A stretch of 64,000 nucleotides of DNA from a virus (IMGVR_UViG_3300032213_001850:17380-81379); one strand, 5' to 3'. Positions 10,413 to 21,361 are shown, counted from the first letter of the stretch. Program-made: numbers and translations. The notes: generated by a model not told the origin, from the sequence alone.

Positions 10413-11549
10413 ATGACAGGATTAGAAGCAATAGCAGAAAAATTACAAGAACAAAAAAAGAAACAATTCGAAGAAATTCTAAGTGTATCCGGTTCGTCTG
10501 CAATATCAAAAAATGATTATAATGTAACCATCGTTGATAATGTAAATCCCGCAACTTCATTAATATTTAAAGGGTTAGATAAACCAAAATACGATGAAAC
10601 CGAATTACTTAAAGCAGTAAATGTATCAGTCACAGAATTGGCACCGAATATACCAATAGCAAATTTGGATTTAATTCCAAAACCAATATATGATGCAGAG
10701 GTAACATCTAGTAATGAACTAAGAATTCAAAATACAAGATTACAATTAACAATAGATTCATTAAATAATACTATTACCGATTTAAGAGCACAAGTTCAAA
10801 CTGAAATAAATAATAGATTAACAATTGAACAAACAAATGATGCTTTAGTAAATCAATTAGATACTTTAAATGGAACAATTACGGATTTTACAGGTCAAAT
10901 TACTACATCATTACAAAAATCGGTAGATGAAAGTATTTTAAGAGCATCGTTACAGTCACAAAATACAGGATTTAAAGCACAGATTAAAGCACTTATTAAA
11001 CAAATTGATTCTTTAAATTCAATCATTGAAGGTTTACAAGCTCAATTGGGTGCATTACAACAACAACAAGCAATTGAACAATCTGCACAAAATGTAGCAT
11101 TTGCATCTGGTGCTGAAGTTATTAATGAGGTTGGTTTAGTTAAATTTACATCTAAAGGAAATGATACGGATGGATGGATAACTGCTGCAGTATCTACACA
11201 TCAATTAGAAAGAAAAAGACAACAAAAATGGCAATATGGTGAAACGATAGAGTTTACAAATAATGATAAGTTTCCAATTACAATCAATATAAACACTACA
11301 TTTGGGACGAAAGGTAAGTGGTTTAGCCTTACAGAAACTAGTTTCACTTTAGGAGCAGGTAGTGCAAAATCACTAAAACCCACATTATATAAGGGTAGGC
11401 CCCCATTAAAATTTGGTGATAGAGAACGTAGTTCCGATTCTATTGGTAATATAGCTATCGAAGTAGTAAGACAAGATGGTTCTAAAAAATCAAAAAGTTT
11501 TAAAACCAAATTAATGGTGAGACATCCTGATTCTTTTCCAGGATTTTAA
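10413..11549 (+). CDS. Coiled-coil putative structural protein
   Basis: Long Q/L/N heptad region (about aa 100-225) followed by a beta-rich C-terminal domain. Confidence 0.55.
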   Translation: MTGLEAIAEKLQEQKKKQFEEILSVSGSSAISKNDYNVTIVDNVNPATSLIFKGLDKPKYDETELLKAVNVSVTELAPNIPIANLDLIPKPIYDAEVTSSNELRIQNTRLQLTIDSLNNTITDLRAQVQTEINNRLTIEQTNDALVNQLDTLNGTITDFTGQITTSLQKSVDESILRASLQSQNTGFKAQIKALIKQIDSLNSIIEGLQAQLGALQQQQAIEQSAQNVAFASGAEVINEVGLVKFTSKGNDTDGWITAAVSTHQLERKRQQKWQYGETIEFTNNDKFPITININTTFGTKGKWFSLTETSFTLGAGSAKSLKPTLYKGRPPLKFGDRERSSDSIGNIAIEVVRQDGSKKSKSFKTKLMVRHPDSFPGF

Positions 11550-11559
11550 AAAATAAAAT

Positions 11560-12453
11560 ATGAGTATAAAAAAATATACAAATTTTGAAAATATAAATAA
11601 TAAAACCGAAAATTCTGGTCAATTTTTGGAAGATAAAGATTTGTTCATAGTTTCAAAAAAAGAAATACAAATAAGTGAGTTTGGTAACACTCCATATGAT
11701 GTTATGGAAATATCGGTTTATGATATTAATAATAATTTGTTACCACACAAATCTGGAAATAATGTAGCATATATAAAATCTACGGATATTAAGAACTACA
11801 TGTACGATATTACAAATAATTTAGGTAAAAAAGAAGTTGCAATTGATATTGAAAAATTATTAAGTGATTTAGGATTTACCAATGGTATATTAAAAATAAA
11901 TCTTAACTTTGTTAGAAATAGAGTTGGTAACGAAAATGAATTACAAAGGGTTTGGATACATGAAATATCACCTTCAAGAGAAGAAATTCGTATTTTGCCA
12001 TTAAAAACAAATAACGAAAGTATAAATAAACTTAATATAAACCAATTTAAGAATTTAAAAGCGTTATCTAAAGATTTTATTTTTTATAAGGAAAGTATTT
12101 TAAATACTATAAATTCTTTTGATAATTCTTTTCTATCAAAGGTGGATGATTATTTAATTTCTCAATATGGAAACGATTATATTAAAATTTTAAAAAAGGA
12201 TTTTGGTATTAATGATTTTGAAGGATACAAAAAAAGAATAGTAGAAAATTTTAAAAATTCCGTTAATTATTTTTTGACAAATAAGGAATATAAAATAGGA
12301 AATCCCAATTTTGGAAAACCATCAGAAGTTAGATTCTATGATTACGAACAATATGCATATGAATATTTACTTAATGAAATTAATAGTATGTTACTGGATT
12401 GTATAAAATACAATTCATCTATTTTTAAAAGAAGAGATATAATTGTTAAATAA
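11560..12453 (+). CDS. Hypothetical baseplate-region protein
   Basis: 297-aa ORF containing IHEISPSREEIRI. Confidence 0.55.
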   Translation: MSIKKYTNFENINNKTENSGQFLEDKDLFIVSKKEIQISEFGNTPYDVMEISVYDINNNLLPHKSGNNVAYIKSTDIKNYMYDITNNLGKKEVAIDIEKLLSDLGFTNGILKINLNFVRNRVGNENELQRVWIHEISPSREEIRILPLKTNNESINKLNINQFKNLKALSKDFIFYKESILNTINSFDNSFLSKVDDYLISQYGNDYIKILKKDFGINDFEGYKKRIVENFKNSVNYFLTNKEYKIGNPNFGKPSEVRFYDYEQYAYEYLLNEINSMLLDCIKYNSSIFKRRDIIVK

Positions 12454-12454
12454 A

Positions 12455-12462
12455 ATATTTAT
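12455..12462 (+). promoter_or_regulatory. Putative late promoter box ATATTTAT
   Basis: Located in a 24-nt intergenic gap before GTG 12478. Confidence 0.6.
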
Positions 12463-12477
12463 ATAAAATAATAAATT

Positions 12478-15400
12478 GTGCAGAATATAAATCCAGACGC
12501 TTTCGAAAATATTCAAATAAATAATGAATCAGGCCGTGCCGAAATTATTGGTGGAGGTGGTGGTGGAGGTTCATCGACATCAAATACAACGGGCACATTT
12601 AATCTATATTTAAATTGTGCTGATATTGCGGAATACTTTGATGGAAACAATACATTGGGAGTTGGTACATCTCAATATATATCATATGCACCTGTAACAA
12701 CATTTGGTTCGTCTAGAACATATACATCAAAAATAGATAATAAAGTTGCAAAAAATTACTTTGTAGTATTTTTGAACAATGAATCCAAAGGATACAACCA
12801 ACAAACCGGTGAACCAACTTATTATGAATCAATAAGAGCATCGGAATATAGATTAAAACCCGGAAGTCAAACCGAATATGAGTTTTATGAATATAAAAAT
12901 TTACCAGGAGTAGATGGTACTATGGAGTTACAATTTTTATTCGAACCGAAAAAAGTTGCAGATGACCCTATTATAACTCCTGCTACTAAAAATTACGATT
13001 TTAAATTAAATTTAAATTCAAATTTTTCAAATGAATTAGAAAATTCTTTTTCATTAAAATATGAAATTGTTAAGTTAAATCAAGTTATATTAACTGGTAA
13101 TTTAACACCAACGGTAGATAGTACAGATTTATTATCTTTGAGTGAAGAAATATTAAATTCTTCAAATGTTGTTTTTAGTGTTGTAGGAGACCTTCCGAAA
13201 AATTTTACTTTTGAAAATATAAAAATAAAAAAAGGAGCGGTTATAAGTTTTTCTCCCGATATTGCATCATCAACTGACCGAATATTAACAATACCTGCAT
13301 CCAATTTAAAAAGTGGAAATGTAGATATTGATGTTACATTTGCAAAAAACATTCCACAACCAGTTGTTAGTACAATTGATACACAATACAATGACCAGGT
13401 TAAAGATAGTGATTCCGATAAAGTAATTGAAATACCTTTTACAACATCGAATGCAAATAGTATAAACGTAACATTTCCAAATGGTAGTGTAAGAAATATA
13501 ACAACTACATCGTTTAGCGTATCATTTAAAAACGATTTAGGTGGAAGTTTTGATTTACAAAAATTAATACTAACTCCTGTTTTTGATAATATTTTAGGAG
13601 CATCTAAAGAAGTATTTGTTAAATTTGTAAGAATTAACAATACTCCCGATATTGTAAGTGTTTCATACCCTGCATCCATTGATATTCCGGCGTTTTCGGA
13701 CTACAATATTGAATATGAGGTAAAATATGAAGCATCGAATACAACTCATGTAAAAGTTGAATTATTACAAAAAGATAATACAAAAATTGTTTATTTAGAT
13801 AAATTGACACCGATTGGTTCTTTTAAGGTAAATATTAAAGCTTTAAAACAAAAATTTGTAAATTGGGAAGGAAATATATCTTTTATATTTACATCAATTA
13901 ATAATGCTGGTGATGTTACATTGAGTAGTAATACCTATTCATATACAACAAATGTTATATATCCAACAATACAAATGGATGAAGATTTAATTAATACATC
14001 TTTATTCAATGCATTTAAGAATCAAATTAAAATTCCAGATTTAGATAAAGATAGTAAATATTTAACACATCTTACTAATTTTGGAGATGATAATCAATTT
14101 TTGGTTTCAAGTTGGGAAAATGATGATTGGACATTATCAAAAAAATCCACAGATGAATTAGGTAATGAATTTGTTAGGCCAGAAGATAAGGTTGAAAGTT
14201 TAATATTAAAATTATACAAACCACTTTCGGCAAATATTACAAATAATTCAACATTATGGATTACCAAATTATTAACGAATCCATTAATTGAAACTATTGT
14301 TTTAAATCAACAAGATGATTTAAAATGTCCACCTTTAAAAGGCCCTAATTTTAATGTTGAGGTGGATTTTGTAACAGGAAAATCAACCGGATACGAATCG
14401 TTGGATGATTTAATATTGAGCGGTTCTACTTCATCTGCACAATTGGTAAATAAATATCTAAGTGGTTCCGTTATTGACACAGAATATTTAAATATAGAAT
14501 ATACAAGTGGTTCGGAATATCTTTGGGAAAACTTTGTTCATTTTAGTTCTGCAACTGAGAGAGTGGATAATTTTGTATATAAAGTTAAATTAATTGAATT
14601 ATATGAACAATTAATAATAAGTGCATCCACAAACTATACAGGAGGTTCGTCTGGGTCGTATACTGGTTCAATTTCATCATTACAAGAAGTTGATAGACAG
14701 AATACAAAGAAAAATCAAATTATCCAATCATTTGATGGGTTTGAAACATTTTTATACAACGAATCATCTTCATCTTTAAATTGGCCATATACGAATGGTA
14801 ATAGAGATTTAAGTGTATCGAATAATGTTTCCAATTGGTATGAAAATATAATAACATTGGCAGAAGATTTTGATATTGAAAATAGAAACTGGATTAATAA
14901 TAATATTCCACAATATATTGTAAATAATGAAGATAATGCAAGTTTGTTATTATTCTTTTCAATGATTGGCCAACACTTTGATAACATATATTTTCATACG
15001 AAGGCAATTGAAAAAAGTAGAGGTTTGGGATACAAACAAACAGGAAATATTTCTGATAAACTATTATTTGATATTTTAAAATCTTTTAATTGGGATGCTA
15101 AAAATTTAGCTGCAGATAATCAACTTTGGAGTTTAGTATTTGGTGTTGATAAAGCTGGAGATGAAGTAAATTCAAACCCTGCAAAACAAAGAAATTTTGA
15201 AGTTTGGAGAAGAATTGTAAACAACTTACCTTACTTATTAAAACATAAAGGTACAAGACAAGGTATTTATGCATTATTGGCTTGTTATGGTATTCCATCA
15301 TCAAACCTTTCAGTTTTAGAATTTGGCGGGCCGGAAGTGACCGAAGAACAAAAAGGTAAATTGGTAATGGATAATATTACTAATGCTCTTAAATTTAATA

Positions 15401-17448
15401 GTGGTGCTAAAATAGAAGTAGAATGGAAAAATACTGATAAAGGTAGAAGGCCAAATACAATTGAATTATTTATAAAACCAGATTCAGCACAAAGCTCTTC
15501 TATCATATCTGGAACTAATTGGGATGTTGTAGTGAGTGGTTCTACTAATAGTGAATATGGTAAAGTATTTTTTAATTATAGTGGTTCTACTAATATATCA
15601 ACATCATTATTACCAATATTTAATGGTAGATTTTTTGGTATATCAGTAAGTAGTGGTTCAACTGGGTTAAAATTAGATGTAAGACAATCGGAAAAAGAAA
15701 GAACTATATTTGAAGAATCGATTACGGGTTCTTCATTAACTAATTGGAATAATGGCTCTACATTAAATATTGGTGGTACATATGTTGGTAGTGTAGATGA
15801 ATTCCGTTTATGGAGTGAACAATTAAATACCGATGTATTTTATCAACACGTTTCATTCCCTGAAATGGTTAATGGTAATTCTTACACAGCATCAACTGAT
15901 GATTTGTATTTCCGTTTAGATTTCGAATATCCTAAAAACTTAGCTCAAACATCTTCTTTAATAAATGTAGATACAAACATATATTTTAGTAGTAGTGTTA
16001 GTAGAAATCATTTAGAAGGTGGAAATGTATCAATTATATCTGGCTCAACTATATTATCTGAAAATACAAACGCATTATATTCAGCTAGTGCTAGTGGGTT
16101 TAGTTCAAGTGTAACGTATCCATTCCAATTTGAACCAATAGATAGAACAATTGTAATGTCTTATCCAGATGGTGGTGCAAGTAGATTTCAAACATCAAAA
16201 ATTAGATTTGAAGAACAAACTTTAATTTCCGATTTATCTTCAAAAAGTAGAGCAACTAAAAAATCATTTGACCAATCTCCAACGGATTCTAATAGAGTTG
16301 GTTTATTTTTCTCTCCTACAAAGGAATTAAATATTGATATTGCAAAGTCATTGGGTGGATTAAATTTGGACAATTATATTGGTGACCCATCGGATGAATA
16401 TAAATCAAATTATGTTAGATTAGATGAATTAAGACAATATTATTTCCAAAGATTTGATAATAGAGACATATATGCATATATCAACTTAATCAAATTATAT
16501 GAGAAGTCTATGTTTGATGATATTAAAAAAATGTTACCGGCAAGGGTTAAAGCTACAACCGGTTTATTAATCGAACCTCACTTTTTAGAAAGAAGTAAAA
16601 TTGCAAGAAAAAGACCAGTTGGTGAAGATTATCAATTAAATACCGAAATAAAATATAGTGATACAACATTAACAACGGCTGAAAATAATCAATATGAAAG
16701 TATACTTGATGCAAATTTAAGTGAAAATTTAATTGGAGAAAATAATCAATATGAATCACTAATTTCAACAACCGATACACAAAGAACAATTGCAGAAAAT
16801 TATCAATATACGGCATCTTATGTATATTTTGATGATACATCGTTAACGGCTGAAAATTTGCAATATGAAGTAAGTATAGATGCCAAATTGGAGCAACCTA
16901 CTATTACAACGGAAATTGATTTAGGAGTAGAAACTTATGGTGAAACCGCGTATGAGACTATTGGATTTGGTATTTATGCACAAAATGGTAATACAATTAG
17001 AACTTATTTAGACAAAGATAATAGAAGAGTAAAAGAAAGAATTAGAGTTCAATTGATTACAGAGGAAAAAGAAAGAATGATAACTAAATTTGCAGTGACC
17101 GCATCTGCAACTGGATTTGGAGACCCACGTGGAGGATATGTTTCTGCTATTGAAACATATAATCAAACTTATTTAAACATCCAACCATTTAGTGGTTCCA
17201 CAATTCCTACAGTTCAAAATAATATAGTTGCAGTAGTACCTGTGGACGGATATTTACCGACACATTATAGAAATACATCGGATTTAACAAGAGGATTGGA
17301 AAATTCATATTATAGAGGGTCAAAAAATACTGCAGCAACTACTTTGGATGGTTCATCACCAATTGAAACATTTGTATCTAATCCAAATACATTAACGGTA
17401 AATAGAACAGGCAGAAATACATCAGAACCAATTTTGGAAGTAGAATAA
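12478..17448 (+). CDS. Large baseplate wedge/structural protein (gp7-like, with LamG-like segment)
   Basis: MIGQHFD, VWRRIVNNLPYLLKHKGT..GIYALLACYG (tail P2-I/gp7-like), GSVDEFRLWS (LamG-like), KKMLPARVKATTGLLIEPHFLERSK. Confidence 0.6.
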   Translation: MQNINPDAFENIQINNESGRAEIIGGGGGGGSSTSNTTGTFNLYLNCADIAEYFDGNNTLGVGTSQYISYAPVTTFGSSRTYTSKIDNKVAKNYFVVFLNNESKGYNQQTGEPTYYESIRASEYRLKPGSQTEYEFYEYKNLPGVDGTMELQFLFEPKKVADDPIITPATKNYDFKLNLNSNFSNELENSFSLKYEIVKLNQVILTGNLTPTVDSTDLLSLSEEILNSSNVVFSVVGDLPKNFTFENIKIKKGAVISFSPDIASSTDRILTIPASNLKSGNVDIDVTFAKNIPQPVVSTIDTQYNDQVKDSDSDKVIEIPFTTSNANSINVTFPNGSVRNITTTSFSVSFKNDLGGSFDLQKLILTPVFDNILGASKEVFVKFVRINNTPDIVSVSYPASIDIPAFSDYNIEYEVKYEASNTTHVKVELLQKDNTKIVYLDKLTPIGSFKVNIKALKQKFVNWEGNISFIFTSINNAGDVTLSSNTYSYTTNVIYPTIQMDEDLINTSLFNAFKNQIKIPDLDKDSKYLTHLTNFGDDNQFLVSSWENDDWTLSKKSTDELGNEFVRPEDKVESLILKLYKPLSANITNNSTLWITKLLTNPLIETIVLNQQDDLKCPPLKGPNFNVEVDFVTGKSTGYESLDDLILSGSTSSAQLVNKYLSGSVIDTEYLNIEYTSGSEYLWENFVHFSSATERVDNFVYKVKLIELYEQLIISASTNYTGGSSGSYTGSISSLQEVDRQNTKKNQIIQSFDGFETFLYNESSSSLNWPYTNGNRDLSVSNNVSNWYENIITLAEDFDIENRNWINNNIPQYIVNNEDNASLLLFFSMIGQHFDNIYFHTKAIEKSRGLGYKQTGNISDKLLFDILKSFNWDAKNLAADNQLWSLVFGVDKAGDEVNSNPAKQRNFEVWRRIVNNLPYLLKHKGTRQGIYALLACYGIPSSNLSVLEFGGPEVTEEQKGKLVMDNITNALKFNSGAKIEVEWKNTDKGRRPNTIELFIKPDSAQSSSIISGTNWDVVVSGSTNSEYGKVFFNYSGSTNISTSLLPIFNGRFFGISVSSGSTGLKLDVRQSEKERTIFEESITGSSLTNWNNGSTLNIGGTYVGSVDEFRLWSEQLNTDVFYQHVSFPEMVNGNSYTASTDDLYFRLDFEYPKNLAQTSSLINVDTNIYFSSSVSRNHLEGGNVSIISGSTILSENTNALYSASASGFSSSVTYPFQFEPIDRTIVMSYPDGGASRFQTSKIRFEEQTLISDLSSKSRATKKSFDQSPTDSNRVGLFFSPTKELNIDIAKSLGGLNLDNYIGDPSDEYKSNYVRLDELRQYYFQRFDNRDIYAYINLIKLYEKSMFDDIKKMLPARVKATTGLLIEPHFLERSKIARKRPVGEDYQLNTEIKYSDTTLTTAENNQYESILDANLSENLIGENNQYESLISTTDTQRTIAENYQYTASYVYFDDTSLTAENLQYEVSIDAKLEQPTITTEIDLGVETYGETAYETIGFGIYAQNGNTIRTYLDKDNRRVKERIRVQLITEEKERMITKFAVTASATGFGDPRGGYVSAIETYNQTYLNIQPFSGSTIPTVQNNIVAVVPVDGYLPTHYRNTSDLTRGLENSYYRGSKNTAATTLDGSSPIETFVSNPNTLTVNRTGRNTSEPILEVE
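16624..16908 (+). repeat. Five in-frame 57-nt (19-aa) degenerate tandem repeats, E-[ND]-x-Q-[YL]
   Basis: Glu codons at 16624, 16681, 16738, 16795 and 16852 (EDYQL, ENNQY, ENNQY, ENYQY, ENLQY). Confidence 0.8.
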
Positions 17449-17467
17449 CTAAATTTAAAAAATAATT

Positions 17468-17475
17468 ATATTTAT
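17468..17475 (+). promoter_or_regulatory. Putative late promoter box ATATTTAT
   Basis: Intergenic, 21 nt before ATG 17497. Confidence 0.6.
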
Positions 17476-17496
17476 AAACAAAGATAATATTAAACT

Positions 17497-18120
17497 ATGG
17501 GATATTTAAGTAACACAGAACTAACCGTTGACGCCATTCTTACCAAAAAAGGTAGAGAAAAATTAGCAGCAGGTCAAGGTTTAAACATTACTCAATTTGC
17601 ATTAGCGGATGATGAGATTGATTACACATTATACGAACCGGCTCACCCATTAGGTTCATCTTATTATGATGCATCTATTAAAAATATGCCTGTATTAGAA
17701 GCTAATCCAGATGAAACTCAAGTAATGAAGTATAAGTTGGTAACTTTACCTAAAAATACAACTAGAATTCCAGTTGTTGAATTTGGTGTTCCTAACATTG
17801 CAGTTAATCAAAGAAGTGGTGAGGTATCACTATCTCCAACTACATCTCCTGCAGGTAATAGAACAATGGGATATACGATTATTCTTTCTAATAAAAATGC
17901 GGGTGATATTGTAGGTGAAGGTGTGACATCAGATGCTGGAACAACTCCGGTATTCATTGGTGATAATGCATCTGCAACGGCAGCAATCGCTAAAGGATTA
18001 TCTTTCAAATTTATTCCAAACCCATCATTGACTTCGACTATCAAAACAACAATAACTGTTTATGGTAACGAAACTGGTGGTTCACAAACTATTCCAATCA
18101 CAGTAACTTACGTTCAATAA
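17497..18120 (+). CDS. Putative baseplate/tail structural protein
   Basis: MGYLSN..LTVDAILTKKGREKLA..ITQFALADDEIDY N-terminus typical of tail-fibre/baseplate proteins. Confidence 0.6.
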   Translation: MGYLSNTELTVDAILTKKGREKLAAGQGLNITQFALADDEIDYTLYEPAHPLGSSYYDASIKNMPVLEANPDETQVMKYKLVTLPKNTTRIPVVEFGVPNIAVNQRSGEVSLSPTTSPAGNRTMGYTIILSNKNAGDIVGEGVTSDAGTTPVFIGDNASATAAIAKGLSFKFIPNPSLTSTIKTTITVYGNETGGSQTIPITVTYVQ

Positions 18121-18129
18121 TAAAATACT

Positions 18130-19383
18130 ATGGCATTAATACGAGACAATAGAGGAGCCCTTTTAGCAAGTAATTTATCAAATTATTTAGCAGGTGCGTC
18201 AAACACAACGGGAACACCTGTCGATACGACACAATTGATAAGTATCATTAACCAATTTTTAGGAGCAGGTGAACAAATATCTGCCGATGTAACTACCATT
18301 ACAAATGGTATTTATAAAAAGTTTGGTTCAATCGATAAAGTAGTAAATAGAACACAAATTGTAACTTCTGGAATATGGAGTGGTGATACTGGTTCATTGG
18401 ACGCCAAAGCAACTTATACATCATCTACTCAGGCTGCATCTACAAGTGGTAGATACTATTTAGATGTATATAATGGATTACCATCATCAGGTACTTCGGA
18501 GGTTCAATTCTCAATTGCATATGGTGATGCCAACGGATTTGGTGCACCAACTATAACACAAAATGACGATTCAACCTTACCAACCAAAGCAACTTATAAT
18601 CAATTCAAAAATATATTATTAGACCCTGCAGATAATTACTTTAGTGTTTATACAGGTTCAGTTGCAGGTGGCCATGATATGAAAAATTTCTATGTATTAA
18701 ATGTTAATAGAGCAAGATACAAAGAAAGACTAGACCCAGGAAATATTTCAATAGATTTATCTGGTTCAGTTAGAAGTATTACTTTAATTGATGATAGTGG
18801 TGGTAGTGATGAAAATGTAACAACTGCGGGTAGAGTTTACAACTTAGTTAGTGGTTCATTAAATATCGGTTCGGCATTAACTGCTTCAATCGCTATAACC
18901 GGTGGATATAGTGCAGCACAAAATGGACAAGGATATGGTTTATTTTATCCAGATATGGGTATTATATTATTAAATCCATTAGCATTAGCAGCTGCATGTG
19001 ACCCAAATTTAGCACCTGCAACAAATTCAATACAATCAGTTTATCATCAAAATAATGGTAATAAGTCAGGTTCAGTTGCATTATTGATGGCCATTAGTGG
19101 TGGTGCAGACTTACAAATAAGAAGAACTGAAAATATTTCAACTTCTCATTACTTTGTAAGAGCAAATAATAGAGAATTTAATTTCTCAAATAACCCAACA
19201 TTTACAACAGGTTCAGTTGGTGCATTTGTTAACCCATTATTTGAAAGAGACCCACATGTATACATTACATCGGTAGGTTTATATGATGATGCAAATGAAT
19301 TATTAGCAGTTGCAAAAACTTCTCAACCAATTGAAAAATCTTTTGATAAAGAGATAGCAATTAAAGTTAAATTAGATTTCTAA
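18130..19383 (+). CDS. Putative baseplate/tail structural protein
   Basis: C-terminal YITSVGLYDDANELLAVAKTSQPIEK..IKVKLDF domain, shared with the next gene. Confidence 0.6.
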   Translation: MALIRDNRGALLASNLSNYLAGASNTTGTPVDTTQLISIINQFLGAGEQISADVTTITNGIYKKFGSIDKVVNRTQIVTSGIWSGDTGSLDAKATYTSSTQAASTSGRYYLDVYNGLPSSGTSEVQFSIAYGDANGFGAPTITQNDDSTLPTKATYNQFKNILLDPADNYFSVYTGSVAGGHDMKNFYVLNVNRARYKERLDPGNISIDLSGSVRSITLIDDSGGSDENVTTAGRVYNLVSGSLNIGSALTASIAITGGYSAAQNGQGYGLFYPDMGIILLNPLALAAACDPNLAPATNSIQSVYHQNNGNKSGSVALLMAISGGADLQIRRTENISTSHYFVRANNREFNFSNNPTFTTGSVGAFVNPLFERDPHVYITSVGLYDDANELLAVAKTSQPIEKSFDKEIAIKVKLDF

Positions 19384-19398
19384 TCGGAGAATAAAATA

Positions 19399-19438
19399 AA
19401 AACTATAACCCACCTTAATTTGGTGGGTTTTTAGTTTT
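19399..19438 (+). terminator. Rho-independent terminator-like hairpin
   Basis: AACCCACC (19407-14) / GGTGGGTT (19422-29) stem with 7-nt loop, extended by AAAACTA/TAGTTTT and followed by a T-rich tract. Confidence 0.75.
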
Positions 19439-19441
19439 AGA

Positions 19442-19449
19442 ATATTTAT
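19442..19449 (+). promoter_or_regulatory. Putative late promoter box ATATTTAT
   Basis: Immediately after the terminator and 7 nt before ATG 19457. Confidence 0.65.
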
Positions 19450-19456
19450 ATACGAT

Positions 19457-20650
19457 ATGTTAAAAAGAATACCAAAGTCAGATATTAGTATTAGGCCGTT
19501 TAAGGCATACAAAGAATGGAGTTTCAATAACTTTGATTCTGGTTCAATTACTATGTTAGATGCAAATGAAGCTTCAACGGATTTAAATTTAATTACAACG
19601 GGTAGCTTAACAGGTTCTACATATCCTAAAAATTCATTATTCGGTCAATTAAGAGCTCAATTTTACAATGATTTAGGAGATAATCCATTTTTAAGAACCG
19701 GAGAAAAAACAAATTATTATTCAAATAAACCAAAAGCTCAAGAAAGATTTTTAAGTGGTTCGGCAAAAGTAATATCAATTCCAAACATTTATGTAGGTGA
19801 GGGGATTAAAAAGGGTTCTTTAATATTGATAGATAATGGAACAACTTATTTTGATGATACATATGGTAATTTAGTTGGTGATGTTCCTGATAGAATTTAT
19901 TTTGGAAAAATAGATGTGGAAAACCAAACAATTAATTTTACCGATATTGCAGATAATGCATATAGTGGAACAATTGATTCTTATTTTTTAGATATTGAAA
20001 ACAATGAATTTACAATGTCGTATTCAGGAACAGAATATGATATGGTAATAGTGTCTTTTGATATAGAATCTGGATTAATGTTGGTTGATGATATACCATT
20101 TTTAGAACCAGAAGCACAGATAATTAGATTTGGTAATGTTTTTTATAATCAAGGATTAATAGTAATGACACGTGAATTTGATTCTTTATTAAATTCAAAT
20201 TGGGATTTATCATTTAAATCAACTAAAACAATTTATGAACACGAATATTTGTTAATAGCCGAACAAGATGAGTTCAATGTATCACAAAACCCATCTGCAA
20301 TTATTAATGTAGGTAGACAATCACAGAGATATATAACATCGGATGGTAAATCTATGAGTATTATTACAAATCCAGGAGTAAATTATATCAAAAAGAAAAC
20401 TATACTAGAAAATGGAAATATATTAGATTATAGATTTACATCATCTTACAATGAAACGACATTGGCTGGGTTTGAACATTATTTTGAAAGTGGTTCTGCA
20501 GATACTACCGGTTCTTTTTTAACACCATTTATTACAACAATAGGATTATATGATGACGATTGTAATTTGGTTGCAGTAGCAAAATTACCACAACCAATAA
20601 AATCGGAACATGATTTGACTGTAAACTTTATTGTACGATTTGACACATAA
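19457..20650 (+). CDS. Putative baseplate/tail structural protein (paralogous C-terminus to 18130..19383)
   Basis: FITTIGLYDDDCNLVAVAKLPQPIK..FIVRFD; EFNVSQNPS versus EFNFSNNPT in the previous gene. Confidence 0.6.
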   Translation: MLKRIPKSDISIRPFKAYKEWSFNNFDSGSITMLDANEASTDLNLITTGSLTGSTYPKNSLFGQLRAQFYNDLGDNPFLRTGEKTNYYSNKPKAQERFLSGSAKVISIPNIYVGEGIKKGSLILIDNGTTYFDDTYGNLVGDVPDRIYFGKIDVENQTINFTDIADNAYSGTIDSYFLDIENNEFTMSYSGTEYDMVIVSFDIESGLMLVDDIPFLEPEAQIIRFGNVFYNQGLIVMTREFDSLLNSNWDLSFKSTKTIYEHEYLLIAEQDEFNVSQNPSAIINVGRQSQRYITSDGKSMSIITNPGVNYIKKKTILENGNILDYRFTSSYNETTLAGFEHYFESGSADTTGSFLTPFITTIGLYDDDCNLVAVAKLPQPIKSEHDLTVNFIVRFDT

Positions 20651-20654
20651 TCTT

Positions 20655-20662
20655 ATATTTAT
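20655..20662 (+). promoter_or_regulatory. Putative late promoter box ATATTTAT
   Basis: Intergenic, 19 nt before ATG 20682. Confidence 0.55.
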
Positions 20663-20681
20663 ATTTAAAAAAACAAACACA

Positions 20682-20927
20682 ATGGCAAGTATTATAGAAA
20701 TGTATAATGAGGATAAAAAATTACAAGTAGCTACGACATCCGATAAAACACCATACTATTCAGAAGGAACCGATGGTAAAACTGCAAATTTAGTAGATGA
20801 AAAATCTATATCCGAATTGGAGAAAAAATTATCTACCAAAAGATATGGTGCTGGTGTGGGAGATTGGGGTGCAGTATATAGTGATGCAACGGGGAAAAAT
20901 TATAGCAAAGTAGTAAAAAAGGATTAA
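20682..20927 (+). CDS. Hypothetical protein (81 aa)
   Basis: Start moved from 20631 to ATG 20682, which follows the promoter box and an A-rich leader and avoids overlap. Confidence 0.6.
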   Translation: MASIIEMYNEDKKLQVATTSDKTPYYSEGTDGKTANLVDEKSISELEKKLSTKRYGAGVGDWGAVYSDATGKNYSKVVKKD

Positions 20928-20935
20928 TTAATTTA

Positions 20936-21361
20936 ATGGCTAAAAAAGTTACAAAAAAGAACAATTCAAAATGGGTTGCTAAAAAGTATGGATTTAAGTC
21001 TGGTTTAGAAGAAACCATATCATCCCAAATTGAAAGTAGAGGTATAGTCGTAGAATATGAAACGGAAAAGGTTGCATATATCATACCGGCATCAGAACAC
21101 AACTATCATCCAGATTTTAAATTACCGAATGGTATAAGAGTTGAGACCAAAGGTAGATTTGTTGCCGCAGACCGTAAGAAACACCAATTGGTAAAAGAAC
21201 AAAATCCCAATTTGGACATTCGTTTCGTATTTTCCAATTCAAAGAACAAAATCAGCAAAAACTCTAAAACTACATACGGAATGTGGTGTGAAAAGAACGG
21301 ATTTAAGTATTCGGACAAATTCATCCCAGAAGAGTGGTTTTTAGAGGAAAATAGACCGTAA
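20936..21361 (+). CDS. Endonuclease I / Holliday junction resolvase (T7 gp3-like)
   Basis: FKSGLE, YHPDFKLPNGIRVETKGRF, DRKKH, LDIRFVFSNSKNKISKNSKTTYGMWCEKNGF, IPEEW. Confidence 0.92.
   Translation: MAKKVTKKNNSKWVAKKYGFKSGLEETISSQIESRGIVVEYETEKVAYIIPASEHNYHPDFKLPNGIRVETKGRFVAADRKKHQLVKEQNPNLDIRFVFSNSKNKISKNSKTTYGMWCEKNGFKYSDKFIPEEWFLEENRP

Noticed and set aside
12550-12570. GGTGGA/GGT run encoding poly-Gly
   Set aside because: A simple low-complexity linker with no evidence of phase variation
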